A stretch of DNA of 64,000 bases from Dehalococcoidia bacterium. Lineage in GTDB: Bacteria; Chloroflexota; Dehalococcoidia; UBA2979. Where the stretch lies: assembly GCA_041674525.1 (NCBI GenBank), contig JBAYVN010000004.1, positions 8,203 to 72,202 of the forward strand. The letters are read 5' to 3'. Position numbers and translations under genes: made by a program. Below, piece by piece: positions 15,061-24,316 of this stretch (positions are counted from its first letter, which is position 1; each line of letters opens with the position of its first letter). Below the pieces are notes generated by a model that worked only from the letters and a program-made list of their open reading frames with translations, did no database searches and was not told the DNA's origin.

Positions 15061-16074
15061 TCACTGGCGGTTCGCGGGCGCCGCGGCGAGGACGGCGTCC
15101 AGCAGGCGCTGCTCGTCGCTCCCGGCCGGGTAGAGGCGGGACAGCGCGTCCGCGATGCGGAGGAACTGGGGTCCCCGATCCTCCTCGGCGCGCAGCAGGG
15201 CCTGCAGCGCCTCGGTGCGGCCGTTTGCCTGCAGCAGCATGGCCGTGTGCAGGCGGTCGAGGGCGGTCGCGCCGGGCGACAGCCGGGGCTCGCCGTCCGC
15301 ACCCAGCAGTTGAGGAGCGCGCGCGGAGAGCGGGAGCAGGCGCACCTCGCCCGCCTCGGTGCCGATGATCCGGCCCTCCCAGTCCTCGAGGTGGATGCCC
15401 AGGGGCTTCGTGAATGACCGCACGACCTCGGGCACCAGTCCCCGCCCGGAGGGTGGAGCCTCCGGCTGGTCCGCGGGCGGCTCGGTCCACAGCAGGAAGA
15501 GCACGGTGAGCCGCGCGTCGGACTCGATCGAGTCCGATGCACCGCCGCCCACCTCGGCGCCCACGGCGCCGAACGCGCTGTCGAGCGCGGCGCGTCCCAG
15601 CACCTCCCACACGTAGGCGAGGTAGCCCCGCAGGTGGGGCTCGGTGGCCTCCGGGTCGCCGCCGAGCGGGATCGGGCGCCCCACGATGTCCTGGACGCGG
15701 GAGTAGCCGCCCCAGATCTGGATCGCGGGGCCGATGCACGCGGAGAAGACGTCGCCGCCGCGGATCCCGGTCGCCCGCAGCTGCTCCATCCACGGCCCGA
15801 CCTGCCCCCGCAGCTCGGCGAGCACCTCGGACCAAGGTGCGATGCCCTCCGGGTGCGGATGGCCGCCCATCCACTCCTCGTTCGCCAGGACGGTCCGCCG
15901 CCACGTCGCGAGGTTCATCGAGGGCATCGGGGCGGGCTCGGAGGGGGCGGCTACCACCCGCTCGCACGGCGTCTCGTCGGTGGGGCAGAGCAGCGGGTCG
16001 TCGGCGCGGGTGGCCGGCCGCGTCACCTCGTACGCCTTGCCGCAGGTGGGGCAGCGGAAGTCGTAGAGCGGCAT
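15061..16074 (-). CDS. FmdB-family zinc-ribbon protein fused to a ~300-aa C-terminal domain of unknown function
   Basis: N-terminus MPLYDFRCPTCG...CPTDETPCERV (C-x2-C...C-x5-C zinc ribbon). Start ATG at 16072..16074 overlaps the stop of the upstream EutA-like gene (ATGA). Remainder has balanced composition with no recognised motif. Confidence 0.6.
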   Translation of the reverse strand: MPLYDFRCPTCGKAYEVTRPATRADDPLLCPTDETPCERVVAAPSEPAPMPSMNLATWRRTVLANEEWMGGHPHPEGIAPWSEVLAELRGQVGPWMEQLRATGIRGGDVFSACIGPAIQIWGGYSRVQDIVGRPIPLGGDPEATEPHLRGYLAYVWEVLGRAALDSAFGAVGAEVGGGASDSIESDARLTVLFLLWTEPPADQPEAPPSGRGLVPEVVRSFTKPLGIHLEDWEGRIIGTEAGEVRLLPLSARAPQLLGADGEPRLSPGATALDRLHTAMLLQANGRTEALQALLRAEEDRGPQFLRIADALSRLYPAGSDEQRLLDAVLAAAPANRQ

Positions 16075-17783
16075 CAGCTCTCCCGCGCGCCCGGCCGCTG
16101 GCTCGCCATGGCGGCGTCGTACAGCGCCTGCTTCACGCTCCGCCGATCCAGGCCGCCCGCGAAGAGCAGCGACTTGATCGTCACCGGCACCACCTCCGTG
16201 GGGTGGATGAGCGGGGCGAGGTCGATGAAATCGAACTCGGCGACCGAAACGCCCTCCAGCGAGAGCACAGGCCCCGCGATGCCGAGGTCCTCTTTCAGCG
16301 CCCGGCCGAGCGCCACGCTGATCGTGGTGTCGACGATCAGCACCAGCGGCACGGCGCGCGCCATCGTCTCGGGGAGGCCGTCGCGGATGCCCTCGGCGAG
16401 AGCGCGCACATCGGACAGCACGAGGTCGCCGGGCCACTCGAAGGCGAGCGCCAGCGGCTGCTCGCCGTCCGCCAGGTCCAGGCGCACCAGCGACTCGCGG
16501 ATCGCGGCGGCGATGCGCGCGGGCGCGACCTCGTCCTCGAGGTCGACGCGCGGCACCAGCACCGGGACGTTCCTGAGCGGAAGCATCGTCTCGTCACTGA
16601 CGTAGAGGTTGAAGCCGACCTGGACGGTGAAGAGCGACGCGCCCACGGCGGTGGCGCGGATGCCCAGGTTGGGATCCATGATCACCGGCAGCCGGATCAG
16701 GCCGGTCGAGAGCGCGCGGCGCAGCGCGGCGGCCAGCGGCCGGCCGAGGTCGCCGAAGTCCCGCGACTCGCGCATGAAGAAGAACTCGGACACCCCGCCC
16801 GAGAACGTGATCGCCTGCGGCACCACGCCGGAGGGGAGCGGGTCGGTGAGCAGCAGCTCGGCGGCGAGTCCCTCCACCGGCCGGCCCTCGATCAGCCCGG
16901 CGAGGATCTCCGTCCACGCCTGCACGATCCGCTCCTCGTCCTCGGCGGCGAGCAGCTCGCCGAGGACCATGCGGATGCCGAGGTGATCCGCGACCACGCG
17001 CGCCGGGGCGTCGATGCGCGTCAGCCGGCGCGACTCGTCCTTCACGATCAGGCGGGCGCCGATGGCGATCGCGGCGGTGCCGAGGATCTGCCCGTCGCGC
17101 ACGAGCGCGAACTTCGTCGTGCCCCCGCCGACGTCGACGTTGAGCAGCGTCTGCCGGTCGCGACGCGATCGCGAGACGGTGCCGGATCCGTGTGCCGCCA
17201 GCACGGCCTCCAGGTGGTGCCCCGCGGAGGCGCACACGAACTTCCCGGTCTCCGCGGCGAACAGCTCGGCGATCTGGCGCGCGTTCTCGCGCTTCAGGGC
17301 CTCGCCGGTGAGGATGATCGCCCCGGAGTCGATGTCCGCCGGGGATGCGCCGACGGCTGCGTAGGCATCGTTCACCAGCTGCGCGAGCACCGTGGTGTCG
17401 ATCGTGTTGTCGGGCCGATACGGCGTGATGATGATCGGCGACTGCGAGAGGATCTCGCGCCCCACCACCACCGAGTGGACGTCGCGCCCCTCGCCCAGCA
17501 GCTGCATGTAGATCTTCGAGAACATCAGGTGCGAGGTGGAGGATCCGATGTCCACGCCCAGCGTCACGATCTGGACGTTGTGCATCTTCCAGTCGAGCGA
17601 CTGCGCGGCCAGTTCCTCGTCGGTGAGGTCCTCGGCGGCGCGCTGGCCGAACTCGTCGTGCCAGTGCGCGGCGCCCCCATGCGCGTGGAGCCCGGCGAAC
17701 AGTCCGCTGTGCGTGCTCGTCCGCCCCTGATCGTCAACCATGCCGAGCGTCGTCCTCTCGCCCCGTGCCTCGCGAGCCGCCAT
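16074..17783 (-). CDS. EutA-family protein (ASKHA-fold ATPase; ethanolamine ammonia-lyase reactivase-like) with a ~65-aa His-containing N-terminal extension
   Basis: Strong EutA blocks: VTLGVDIGSSTSHLMFSK, DSGAIILTGEALKRENARQIAELFAAETGKFVCASAGHHLEAVLAAHGSG, NVDVGGGTTKFAL and C-terminal VPVTIKSLLFAGG. The true start may instead lie near MHNVQIV. Confidence 0.75.
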   Translation of the reverse strand: MAAREARGERTTLGMVDDQGRTSTHSGLFAGLHAHGGAAHWHDEFGQRAAEDLTDEELAAQSLDWKMHNVQIVTLGVDIGSSTSHLMFSKIYMQLLGEGRDVHSVVVGREILSQSPIIITPYRPDNTIDTTVLAQLVNDAYAAVGASPADIDSGAIILTGEALKRENARQIAELFAAETGKFVCASAGHHLEAVLAAHGSGTVSRSRRDRQTLLNVDVGGGTTKFALVRDGQILGTAAIAIGARLIVKDESRRLTRIDAPARVVADHLGIRMVLGELLAAEDEERIVQAWTEILAGLIEGRPVEGLAAELLLTDPLPSGVVPQAITFSGGVSEFFFMRESRDFGDLGRPLAAALRRALSTGLIRLPVIMDPNLGIRATAVGASLFTVQVGFNLYVSDETMLPLRNVPVLVPRVDLEDEVAPARIAAAIRESLVRLDLADGEQPLALAFEWPGDLVLSDVRALAEGIRDGLPETMARAVPLVLIVDTTISVALGRALKEDLGIAGPVLSLEGVSVAEFDFIDLAPLIHPTEVVPVTIKSLLFAGGLDRRSVKQALYDAAMASQRPGARES

Positions 17784-17834
17784 GCCCGCCGCGCCGATGA
17801 GATGTGTCCCGCGGTGCGTGTCCCGCGGCGCGCG

Positions 17835-18626
17835 CTAGTGCGTGTGCGGGTGCGCGTGCTCGCCGCCATCGTGAGCGTGCGCCTCCTCCGGGACGTGCAG
17901 GTGATCGCGGAGGCCGCACAGCAGCGCCATGCCCGGATCCTTCCACAGCACGTCCACGGCGCCGAACCCGGCCTCGCCGAGCCAGCCGAGGTGCTCCGCG
18001 AGCGTCCCGGGGAGATCGTCGCCGTGGCCGCGCGCGGACAGTCCCGCCTCCGGGTCCTGCGCGGCCCACGCGGCGAGCGGGCCGAAGGCCGGGCGTGCGG
18101 GCCGCACGCGGTCGAGGTTCAGGAACATGCCCCCGTGTCCCAGCAGCCGGTGGACCTCGCCGTAAAGCGCGCGGATGCGACGGGGATCCTCCACGTGGTG
18201 GACCGCAAGCGTGGACACCACGACGTCGAACGATCCGCCGACCCCACCGGCCCAGTCCGCGCTGGCCAGGTTGGCGTGCACGTACTCAACGCGATCGCCG
18301 AAACGTGCGAGCCGCGCGCGCGCCGCCATCAGCATCGGCAGCGAGAAGTCGACCAGCGTCGCGGTCGCCGCGGCAAACTGATCGAGCAGGAGCTCGTCGA
18401 GGTTGCCCGGACCGGAGCCGAGGTTCAGGTAGCGGAACTCCTCGGCCGGGAGCCTCGGGATGACGGCGCGGACCAGCGCGAACTGCCGTCGCCGCTCCGG
18501 GGCGCGCTCCGCCTGTCGTTCCAGCCACCGCGCGACGAAGTCCGCATCGTTCCAGTCCTCGTTCGAGGCGCCGCCGTGCTCGTGCTCGCGCGCGGGGTCG
18601 GCGTCCCGGTGTGTCGCGTCCACCAT
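17835..18626 (-). CDS. Class I SAM-dependent methyltransferase with His-rich C-terminal tail
   Basis: Motif I LNLGSGPG plus post-I acidic and DVVVS motifs. C-terminal HVPEEAHAHDGGEHAHPHTH. Confidence 0.75.
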   Translation of the reverse strand: MVDATHRDADPAREHEHGGASNEDWNDADFVARWLERQAERAPERRRQFALVRAVIPRLPAEEFRYLNLGSGPGNLDELLLDQFAAATATLVDFSLPMLMAARARLARFGDRVEYVHANLASADWAGGVGGSFDVVVSTLAVHHVEDPRRIRALYGEVHRLLGHGGMFLNLDRVRPARPAFGPLAAWAAQDPEAGLSARGHGDDLPGTLAEHLGWLGEAGFGAVDVLWKDPGMALLCGLRDHLHVPEEAHAHDGGEHAHPHTH

Positions 18627-18821
18627 CTCTCCACCCTCCGCCGCGGCGCGTCACGCGCCTGCAGGGGCCTCAGTCTACCGCCGCAGGCAGCATGGCGGTG
18701 GGCGGGCGCTCGCGGCCACTGCCCCCCGCGCGGTCGATGTATAGTCCCGGCGACGAGTGGGCATCAACCTCGACGACCGGCGCCGCGCACGGCCTCACGA
18801 ACGCACGATGGGGGGACGGAG

Positions 18822-20303
18822 ATGGTCCTGGAACCGTGGTTGCCTGCTCGCTGGGACGTGGAGGCGGACGTCGTGGTCGTCGGGTTCGGCGCGGCGGGCG
18901 CGGCCACCGCCATCACCGCCTGCGAGCTGGGCGCCAGCGTGGTGCTCCTGGAGAAGGCTCCAAAGGGCGAGGAGGGCGGAAACACCCGCGTCGCGGGACA
19001 GGGCTACCTCAACATCTCCGACACGAAGCTCGCCATCGACTACCTGAAGGCGATGAACGGCCCCTTCGCCGTCCCCGACGAGATGCTCCAGGTGTGGGCT
19101 GAGGAGATGGCGAAGAACAACGACTGGGTCGCCAGCATCGGCGGCGACCCGCAGGAGCACCAGCCGTTCCCCGCGGGCATCGAGTTCCCGGAGTTCCCCG
19201 GCGCGGAGAGCATCCACAAGTACCACCACGGCGATGTCCTCGGGTACTCGAACACGTGGCTGTGCTTCGAGCGCGCCGTCGAGGCGCGGGCGATCGACGT
19301 CCGCTACGAGACGCCGGCTCGCGAGCTCATCCAGCACGGCATCACGAAGGAGATCCTCGGCGTGCGCGCGGAGCGCGACGGCCGGCCGCTGTACGTAAAG
19401 GCGCGCCGGGGCGTGGCGCTCACCTGCGGCGGGTTCGAGAACAACCAGGAGATGATCCGCACGTACCTGCCCGCAGTCCCGTACTGCTACCCATCGGGCA
19501 CGCCGTACAACCAGGGGGACGGGATCCAGATGGCGCTCACGGTGGGCGCCGATCTGTGGCACATGAACAACTACGCGGGCCCCTCGATGGCGCTGAAGGT
19601 GCCCGAGTACCCTTCGACGTTCTCGATGACGCCGCTCAACTTCGGACGCGAGCTGCCCGGCGGGATGGTGGTCGTGGGACCGGACGGGACGCGCTTCACG
19701 GATGAGAAGGGGCGCACCTCGCATGGCAAGGTGAGGCAGAACGGGTGGTGGGGGCCGCTGACCACGCCATGCCCCATGCACATGATCTTCGACCACGCGC
19801 TCCTCACCGCCGCGCCGCTGTATGACAAGGAGCCGAACAGCGGCTGGACGCGTGTCGTCACGCGGTATGACTGGAGCGCGGACAACTCCGCGGAGCTGGC
19901 GCGCGGGTGGATTCGCCGCGCCGGCACCATCGAGGCCCTTGCTGCGCTGATCGACGTGGATGCCGCGACGCTCGCGGCGACGATCGAGCGCTGGAACGCG
20001 CTGTGCGCGGGCGGCGCGGACACGGACTTCGGGCGCACGAAGATGCTCGTGCCCTTCCGCGATCCCCCGTACTACGCGGTCGAGCTGTCCCCCGCGATGC
20101 TGAACACCCAGGGCGGACCTCGACGCAACGAGCGCGCGCAGATCGTGCGGCCGGACGGAAGCCCCATCCCCCGGCTCTACAGCTCCGGTGAACTGGGGTC
20201 GATCTACGGCTACCTGTACCAGGGGACCGGCAACATCGGCGAGTGTCTCGCCTTCGGGCGCATCGCGGGACGAAACGCGGTCGCGGAGCGGCCCTGGGAC
20301 TGA
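18822..20303 (+). CDS. FAD-dependent oxidoreductase (FAD_binding_2; fumarate-reductase/KstD-like flavoprotein)
   Basis: Rossmann VVVVGFGAAGAATAITACELGASVVLLEK. C-terminal GELGSIYGYLYQGTGNIGECLAFGRIAG is typical of the FRD/SDH/KstD family. Start ATG at 18822 lies inside a 1588-aa spurious frame. Confidence 0.8.
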   Translation: MVLEPWLPARWDVEADVVVVGFGAAGAATAITACELGASVVLLEKAPKGEEGGNTRVAGQGYLNISDTKLAIDYLKAMNGPFAVPDEMLQVWAEEMAKNNDWVASIGGDPQEHQPFPAGIEFPEFPGAESIHKYHHGDVLGYSNTWLCFERAVEARAIDVRYETPARELIQHGITKEILGVRAERDGRPLYVKARRGVALTCGGFENNQEMIRTYLPAVPYCYPSGTPYNQGDGIQMALTVGADLWHMNNYAGPSMALKVPEYPSTFSMTPLNFGRELPGGMVVVGPDGTRFTDEKGRTSHGKVRQNGWWGPLTTPCPMHMIFDHALLTAAPLYDKEPNSGWTRVVTRYDWSADNSAELARGWIRRAGTIEALAALIDVDAATLAATIERWNALCAGGADTDFGRTKMLVPFRDPPYYAVELSPAMLNTQGGPRRNERAQIVRPDGSPIPRLYSSGELGSIYGYLYQGTGNIGECLAFGRIAGRNAVAERPWD

Positions 20304-20359
20304 GCGCGGGACGTCCGATGCGTGACCGCGCGAGCCGCCGCCGCGCTCAGCCGCCGTGC

Positions 20360-20893
20360 TCAGCCACCGTGCTCGCCCCGCTCACCCCACTGGTACGGCG
20401 ACATGAACGCCCGGAACGGCCCCAGCGCATCCGGCCCTGAGGTCACCGCGCGGTCAATCGCGTCCAGCAGCAACTCCGCGTGGTCGGGGTGCGCGAGGAG
20501 CTCGCGCGCCATGATCACGATCGTCGCGCGGTCCCGCCCCTCCGCGCGCGCTTCCGCGAGCCCGGTGCGGATCACGGGAATCGCCTCGAACCGCCCGACG
20601 ATCTCGTCGAAGTCCTGCGCGGGGACGCGGGCGAGCAGGTCCGTGATCCGCAGCTGGATCTCGGGCGCGCCGCTCGCGCCGAGAGGCGTGGCGGTCCACA
20701 CGGTCACCAGCTGCCCCTCGAGCACGTAGCGCGCGACCACCGGCGACGCCGCGTCGTCGCCAGCGGCGAGGAGCGCGCCGGACGCCCGGCCTCGCTCGAT
20801 CCACCGGCGGAGCAGCGCCAAGACGTCCTCTCTCGCGCTTGCGGCTGCGAACGCGAGGAACGCGTCAGCATCGAAGCCGTCGCCCTGGATCAC
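20360..20893 (-). CDS. Hypothetical protein
   Basis: Balanced, non-repetitive amino-acid composition, unlike the Arg/Ala/Pro-rich overlapping frames. No recognised motif. Confidence 0.4.
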   Translation of the reverse strand: MIQGDGFDADAFLAFAAASAREDVLALLRRWIERGRASGALLAAGDDAASPVVARYVLEGQLVTVWTATPLGASGAPEIQLRITDLLARVPAQDFDEIVGRFEAIPVIRTGLAEARAEGRDRATIVIMARELLAHPDHAELLLDAIDRAVTSGPDALGPFRAFMSPYQWGERGEHGG

Positions 20894-20935
20894 GGCCCGC
20901 TCCGTCCTCGCACACGGCTCACGTCCACCGCACGG

Positions 20936-21394
20936 TCAGGAGCCGCGCGATCGGCGCACAAATGACCACGTCGTCACCACCCGGTCGACCTCCTCCTGGC
21001 TCAGCAGGCGCACCGTCGCGTGCTCATTGACGAACGCAGCGGGGACGCACCACTCGGAGACCGACCCGTGCTCGACGATCGCCCACTGCCCGAGGTCGAT
21101 GCTCGGGGGCATCTCCACCTCCAGCGCCTGGTCGCCGTTGGCGCCCACCGGCCAGTCAGAGAGAAAGACGCCCCTCATCCACCGGCTGCCGAGCCAGTGC
21201 GCGCCGTCGGGGTCGCGAAACCCCTCCCGAAGGATGACCTCGGCGCACGAGGTCGTGTGATAGTAGATCGCCACGACTTCAGCCCTGTCCGTCGCCCTCC
21301 CGCGGAGGCGGTCAGAATAGCATCGGCGCGGCACGGGCCGGTCCGCCCGAGACGCCCGCGGGCTCGGCTTGGCGAATCGCGAGACGCACGGCAT
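20936..21394 (-). CDS. Hypothetical protein (start uncertain)
   Basis: Balanced composition in the C-terminal two thirds (VVAIYYHTTSCAEVILREGFRD...). Weak call. Confidence 0.3.
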   Translation of the reverse strand: MPCVSRFAKPSPRASRADRPVPRRCYSDRLRGRATDRAEVVAIYYHTTSCAEVILREGFRDPDGAHWLGSRWMRGVFLSDWPVGANGDQALEVEMPPSIDLGQWAIVEHGSVSEWCVPAAFVNEHATVRLLSQEEVDRVVTTWSFVRRSRGS

Positions 21395-21512
21395 AGTCTC
21401 CGGAGACCATAGGCTCCAGAGACGGAGTGCAGTGGCGGGGTTCAGACTCCCGGGGCCGCGGGGAGACGGGACCCGGTTGGCTCAGGTCGTCCGGGGGGAG
21501 CGCGGAGAGAGC

Positions 21513-22811
21513 ATGACCGCCACGCCAGCGCAGCCGCCCCCGCCCGTCGAGGCGCCCGGAGACGACCCTGCGGGCGCTCGCCTGCGTGGCGCGGCGCGCG
21601 GGTTCTCCTCGCTGTACGACCCGCAGTTCCGGGCGCTCTGGTTCGGGCTCCTGTTCTCGCAGGGCGCGATGCAGATCAACATGGTGGCGCGCCCCTGGCT
21701 GGCCTACCACGTCTCCGGATCGGGCGCGGCGCTGGGCATCGTCGCCGTCGCCTCCGGCCTGCCGATGGTGCTCTTCTCCGTCATCGCCGGGGTCGTCGTC
21801 GATCGCACCGACAAGCGGCGGCTGCTGCTGGTGGTCACCGCGCTGCTCGCCGTGCTCTCGCTGGCCACGGCGGTGCTGGTGCACCTCGACATCATCGCGG
21901 TGTGGCACCTCGCGCTCGTCGGGATGCTGCAGGGCGGGATGTTCGCCTTCAACTTCCCCACGCGATCCGCGCTGATCCCCGCGCTCGTCTCGGCCGAGGA
22001 CCTGCCCAACGCGATCGCGATGAACTCGACGGGCCTCAACCTCAACCGCGTCGCGGTGCCTGCGGTGGCCGGACTGCTGATCGCGTGGCAGCCGGCCGTC
22101 GCGTTCGACGTGATCACCCTGCTTTACGTGATCTCGACGCTGATGCTCCTGCGGCTGCCCACCCTGCACATCGAGCCGCGCTTGCACAGTGCGTTCCACG
22201 ACATGGTGGGCGGCTTCCGGTACGTGTGGGAGACGCGGGCCGTGCGGCGCCTGCTCCTGCTCGCGCTCTTCCCCACGCTGCTGGGGATGCCGTTCCAGCA
22301 GTTCCTGCCGGTCTTCCAGGAGCAGGTGCTGCACGTGGGTCCTTCCGCGCTGGGGCTGATGTTCTCGGCGGTCGGCATCGGGTCGCTCACGGGATCGCTG
22401 GCGGTGGCGTACCTCCCGCAATCTCGCCTCACGCAGTTCCAGATGTTGGGCGGCTTCGCCTTCGGCCTCGCGCTCGTGGGCTTCGCGCTGTCCACCACGG
22501 TTCCGATGGCGCTGGGGATGCTGGCCCTCGTCGGGCTGACGAGCCAGGGGTACTTCGTGCTCAACAACGTGTTGCTGATGAACGCGACGCAGCGCGACTA
22601 CTACGGGCGCACGATGAGCATCTACATGATCACGTGGTCGATCATGCCGGTTGCGGTGCTCCCGATGGGCGTCCTCATCGATGCGGTCGGGATGCCGTGG
22701 ACCCAGGCGGCCGCCGGCGTGATCCTCACCGCCATCGTGGGCGCGATCCTGCTGCTGGGCCGCTGGAATGGGGGCACGCGCCCCCACCGCGGCGGTAGAA
22801 TGCGACGGTGA
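21513..22811 (+). CDS. MFS transporter (EntS/YbdA-like exporter family)
   Basis: 12-TM MFS topology. Motifs VVDRTDKRRLLL (loop 2-3) and LFGLLFSQGAMQINMVARPWL. Start placed at the internal ATG (MTATPAQ). Confidence 0.85.
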   Translation: MTATPAQPPPPVEAPGDDPAGARLRGAARGFSSLYDPQFRALWFGLLFSQGAMQINMVARPWLAYHVSGSGAALGIVAVASGLPMVLFSVIAGVVVDRTDKRRLLLVVTALLAVLSLATAVLVHLDIIAVWHLALVGMLQGGMFAFNFPTRSALIPALVSAEDLPNAIAMNSTGLNLNRVAVPAVAGLLIAWQPAVAFDVITLLYVISTLMLLRLPTLHIEPRLHSAFHDMVGGFRYVWETRAVRRLLLLALFPTLLGMPFQQFLPVFQEQVLHVGPSALGLMFSAVGIGSLTGSLAVAYLPQSRLTQFQMLGGFAFGLALVGFALSTTVPMALGMLALVGLTSQGYFVLNNVLLMNATQRDYYGRTMSIYMITWSIMPVAVLPMGVLIDAVGMPWTQAAAGVILTAIVGAILLLGRWNGGTRPHRGGRMRR

Positions 22812-22850
22812 GCGCCGCCTGTGCGACGCCCCGGCGCGGAGGGGGGCCAC

Positions 22851-23588
22851 ATGTCGACGTTCGTTCTGGTGCATGGCGCCTTCGGAGGCGCGCACGGCTG
22901 GCACCGCGTCCGCCCGCTGCTGGCGGAGCACGGGCACGCAGTCTTCACGCCCAGCCTCACGGGCATCGGTGAGCGCGCGCACCTCACCAGCCCGCAGATC
23001 ACGCTGAGCACCCACATCCAGGACGTGGTGAACTGCGTGGAGTACGAGGACCTGACCGACATCGTGCTCGTCGGGTTCAGCTACGGCGGCATGGTGATCA
23101 GCGGCTGCGCGGATCTCATCGAGGACCGCATCGCGCATATCGTCTACCTCGACGCAGCGCTGCCGAAGGACGGCGAGTCTGCACGCGCCGCGGGCGGAGC
23201 GGAAGCGCCACCGCTGGCGTACCGCATGGGCCAGGAGTGGCTGGTGAAGGGCCCCGCGCGCGTCTACGACGACCCTGCCGAGGCGGCCTGGGCGGGACCG
23301 CGGCGCTCCGATCATCCCCTCGGATGCTTCATCGAGCCCGTCCGCCTCGCGAAGCCGATCGAGGAGTATGACTTCACGCGCACGTACATCAAGGCCACGG
23401 CCGACCGCCCCCCCGAGGACGAGCCGCTGCCGGCGCTGTGGCGCAACGCCGAGCACACGCGAAGACACCCCGCGTGGCGCTACTACGAGATCGACACCAC
23501 CCACATGGTCCCGAACAACCGCCCCGCAGAGCTCGTCGAGATCCTGCGCGACGTGATCGCCGAGGAGTCGGCGGACGAGATCACCTGA
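22851..23588 (+). CDS. Alpha/beta hydrolase (methylesterase/SABP2-like)
   Basis: FVLVHGAFGGAHGW plus nucleophile elbow GFSYGG and the C-terminal His region. Confidence 0.8.
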   Translation: MSTFVLVHGAFGGAHGWHRVRPLLAEHGHAVFTPSLTGIGERAHLTSPQITLSTHIQDVVNCVEYEDLTDIVLVGFSYGGMVISGCADLIEDRIAHIVYLDAALPKDGESARAAGGAEAPPLAYRMGQEWLVKGPARVYDDPAEAAWAGPRRSDHPLGCFIEPVRLAKPIEEYDFTRTYIKATADRPPEDEPLPALWRNAEHTRRHPAWRYYEIDTTHMVPNNRPAELVEILRDVIAEESADEIT

Positions 23589-23681
23589 CCGTCCCGCCCT
23601 CCGTCACCGGAACACAGCGCATCCAACGAACAGCCGCAGCGGACAGGCGCGAGCAGCGGCAACCAGACGCGAGGAGCGAGA

Positions 23682-24122
23682 ATGCCCGAGTACCTCCCCA
23701 GCACCGCCGAGTGGGTCCGCCAGCAGGTGGATCTCTACGAGCGCACCAACGGCGCGGAGGGAAACACGCTCCGGGACACCGGGCTGCCGGTGATCATCGT
23801 GACCAACACCGGGAAGCGGACCGGCGGGATCCGCAAGACGCCGCTGATGCGCGTCACGGACGGGGAGAACTACGTCCTCGTCGGCTCGCGCGGGGGAGCC
23901 CCTCAACACCCCGTGTGGGTGCACAATCTGCGCGCGCACCCGGACGTGGAGATCCGCGACCGCGAGCGCGTCCAGCCGATGCGCGTGCGGGAGATCCGTG
24001 ACGACGCGGAGCGCGCGCGCCTGTGGGCGCTGGCGGTGCAGGCGTACCCGCCCTACGAGGAGTACCAGCAGCGCACCGACCGGAAGATCCCCGTCTTCCT
24101 GGCGGAGCCGGTCAACGCCTGA
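23682..24122 (+). CDS. Deazaflavin (F420)-dependent nitroreductase family protein (Ddn/DUF385, PNPOx-like)
   Basis: IIVTNTGKRTGGIRKTPLMRV...YVLVGSRGGAPQHPVWVHNLRAHP is characteristic of the Ddn family. SD GAGGAG upstream. Confidence 0.8.
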   Translation: MPEYLPSTAEWVRQQVDLYERTNGAEGNTLRDTGLPVIIVTNTGKRTGGIRKTPLMRVTDGENYVLVGSRGGAPQHPVWVHNLRAHPDVEIRDRERVQPMRVREIRDDAERARLWALAVQAYPPYEEYQQRTDRKIPVFLAEPVNA

Positions 24123-24316
24123 CGCCCGCGCCGTCCGGCGCCTGCCCTGGCGTCACCGATCTTGATCGTTCGTGCGTGACGAAGCGCCGGCGCGGCCTCG
24201 TGCCTTGCTAGGGCGATTACGGTTGTGGTAATGGAATTGCCTCGGTTGAAGCGCCGGCCGCACGACGCCGGGCAGGACCGCCACCGGACCGCTGCCACGC
24301 AGGATCGCAGGACACC

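Noticed and set aside
15537-20303. 1588-aa ORF on the plus strand
   Set aside because: Only its last 494 codons (18822..20303) encode a recognisable FAD oxidoreductase. The upstream 1090 codons are Arg/Ala/Gly/Pro-rich antisense to three well-supported minus-strand genes. This is a typical high-GC open-frame artefact.
21312-23504. 730-aa minus-strand ORF
   Set aside because: It is antisense to the well-supported MFS transporter and alpha/beta hydrolase. The composition is dominated by R, H, E, Q, G and D runs with no motifs.
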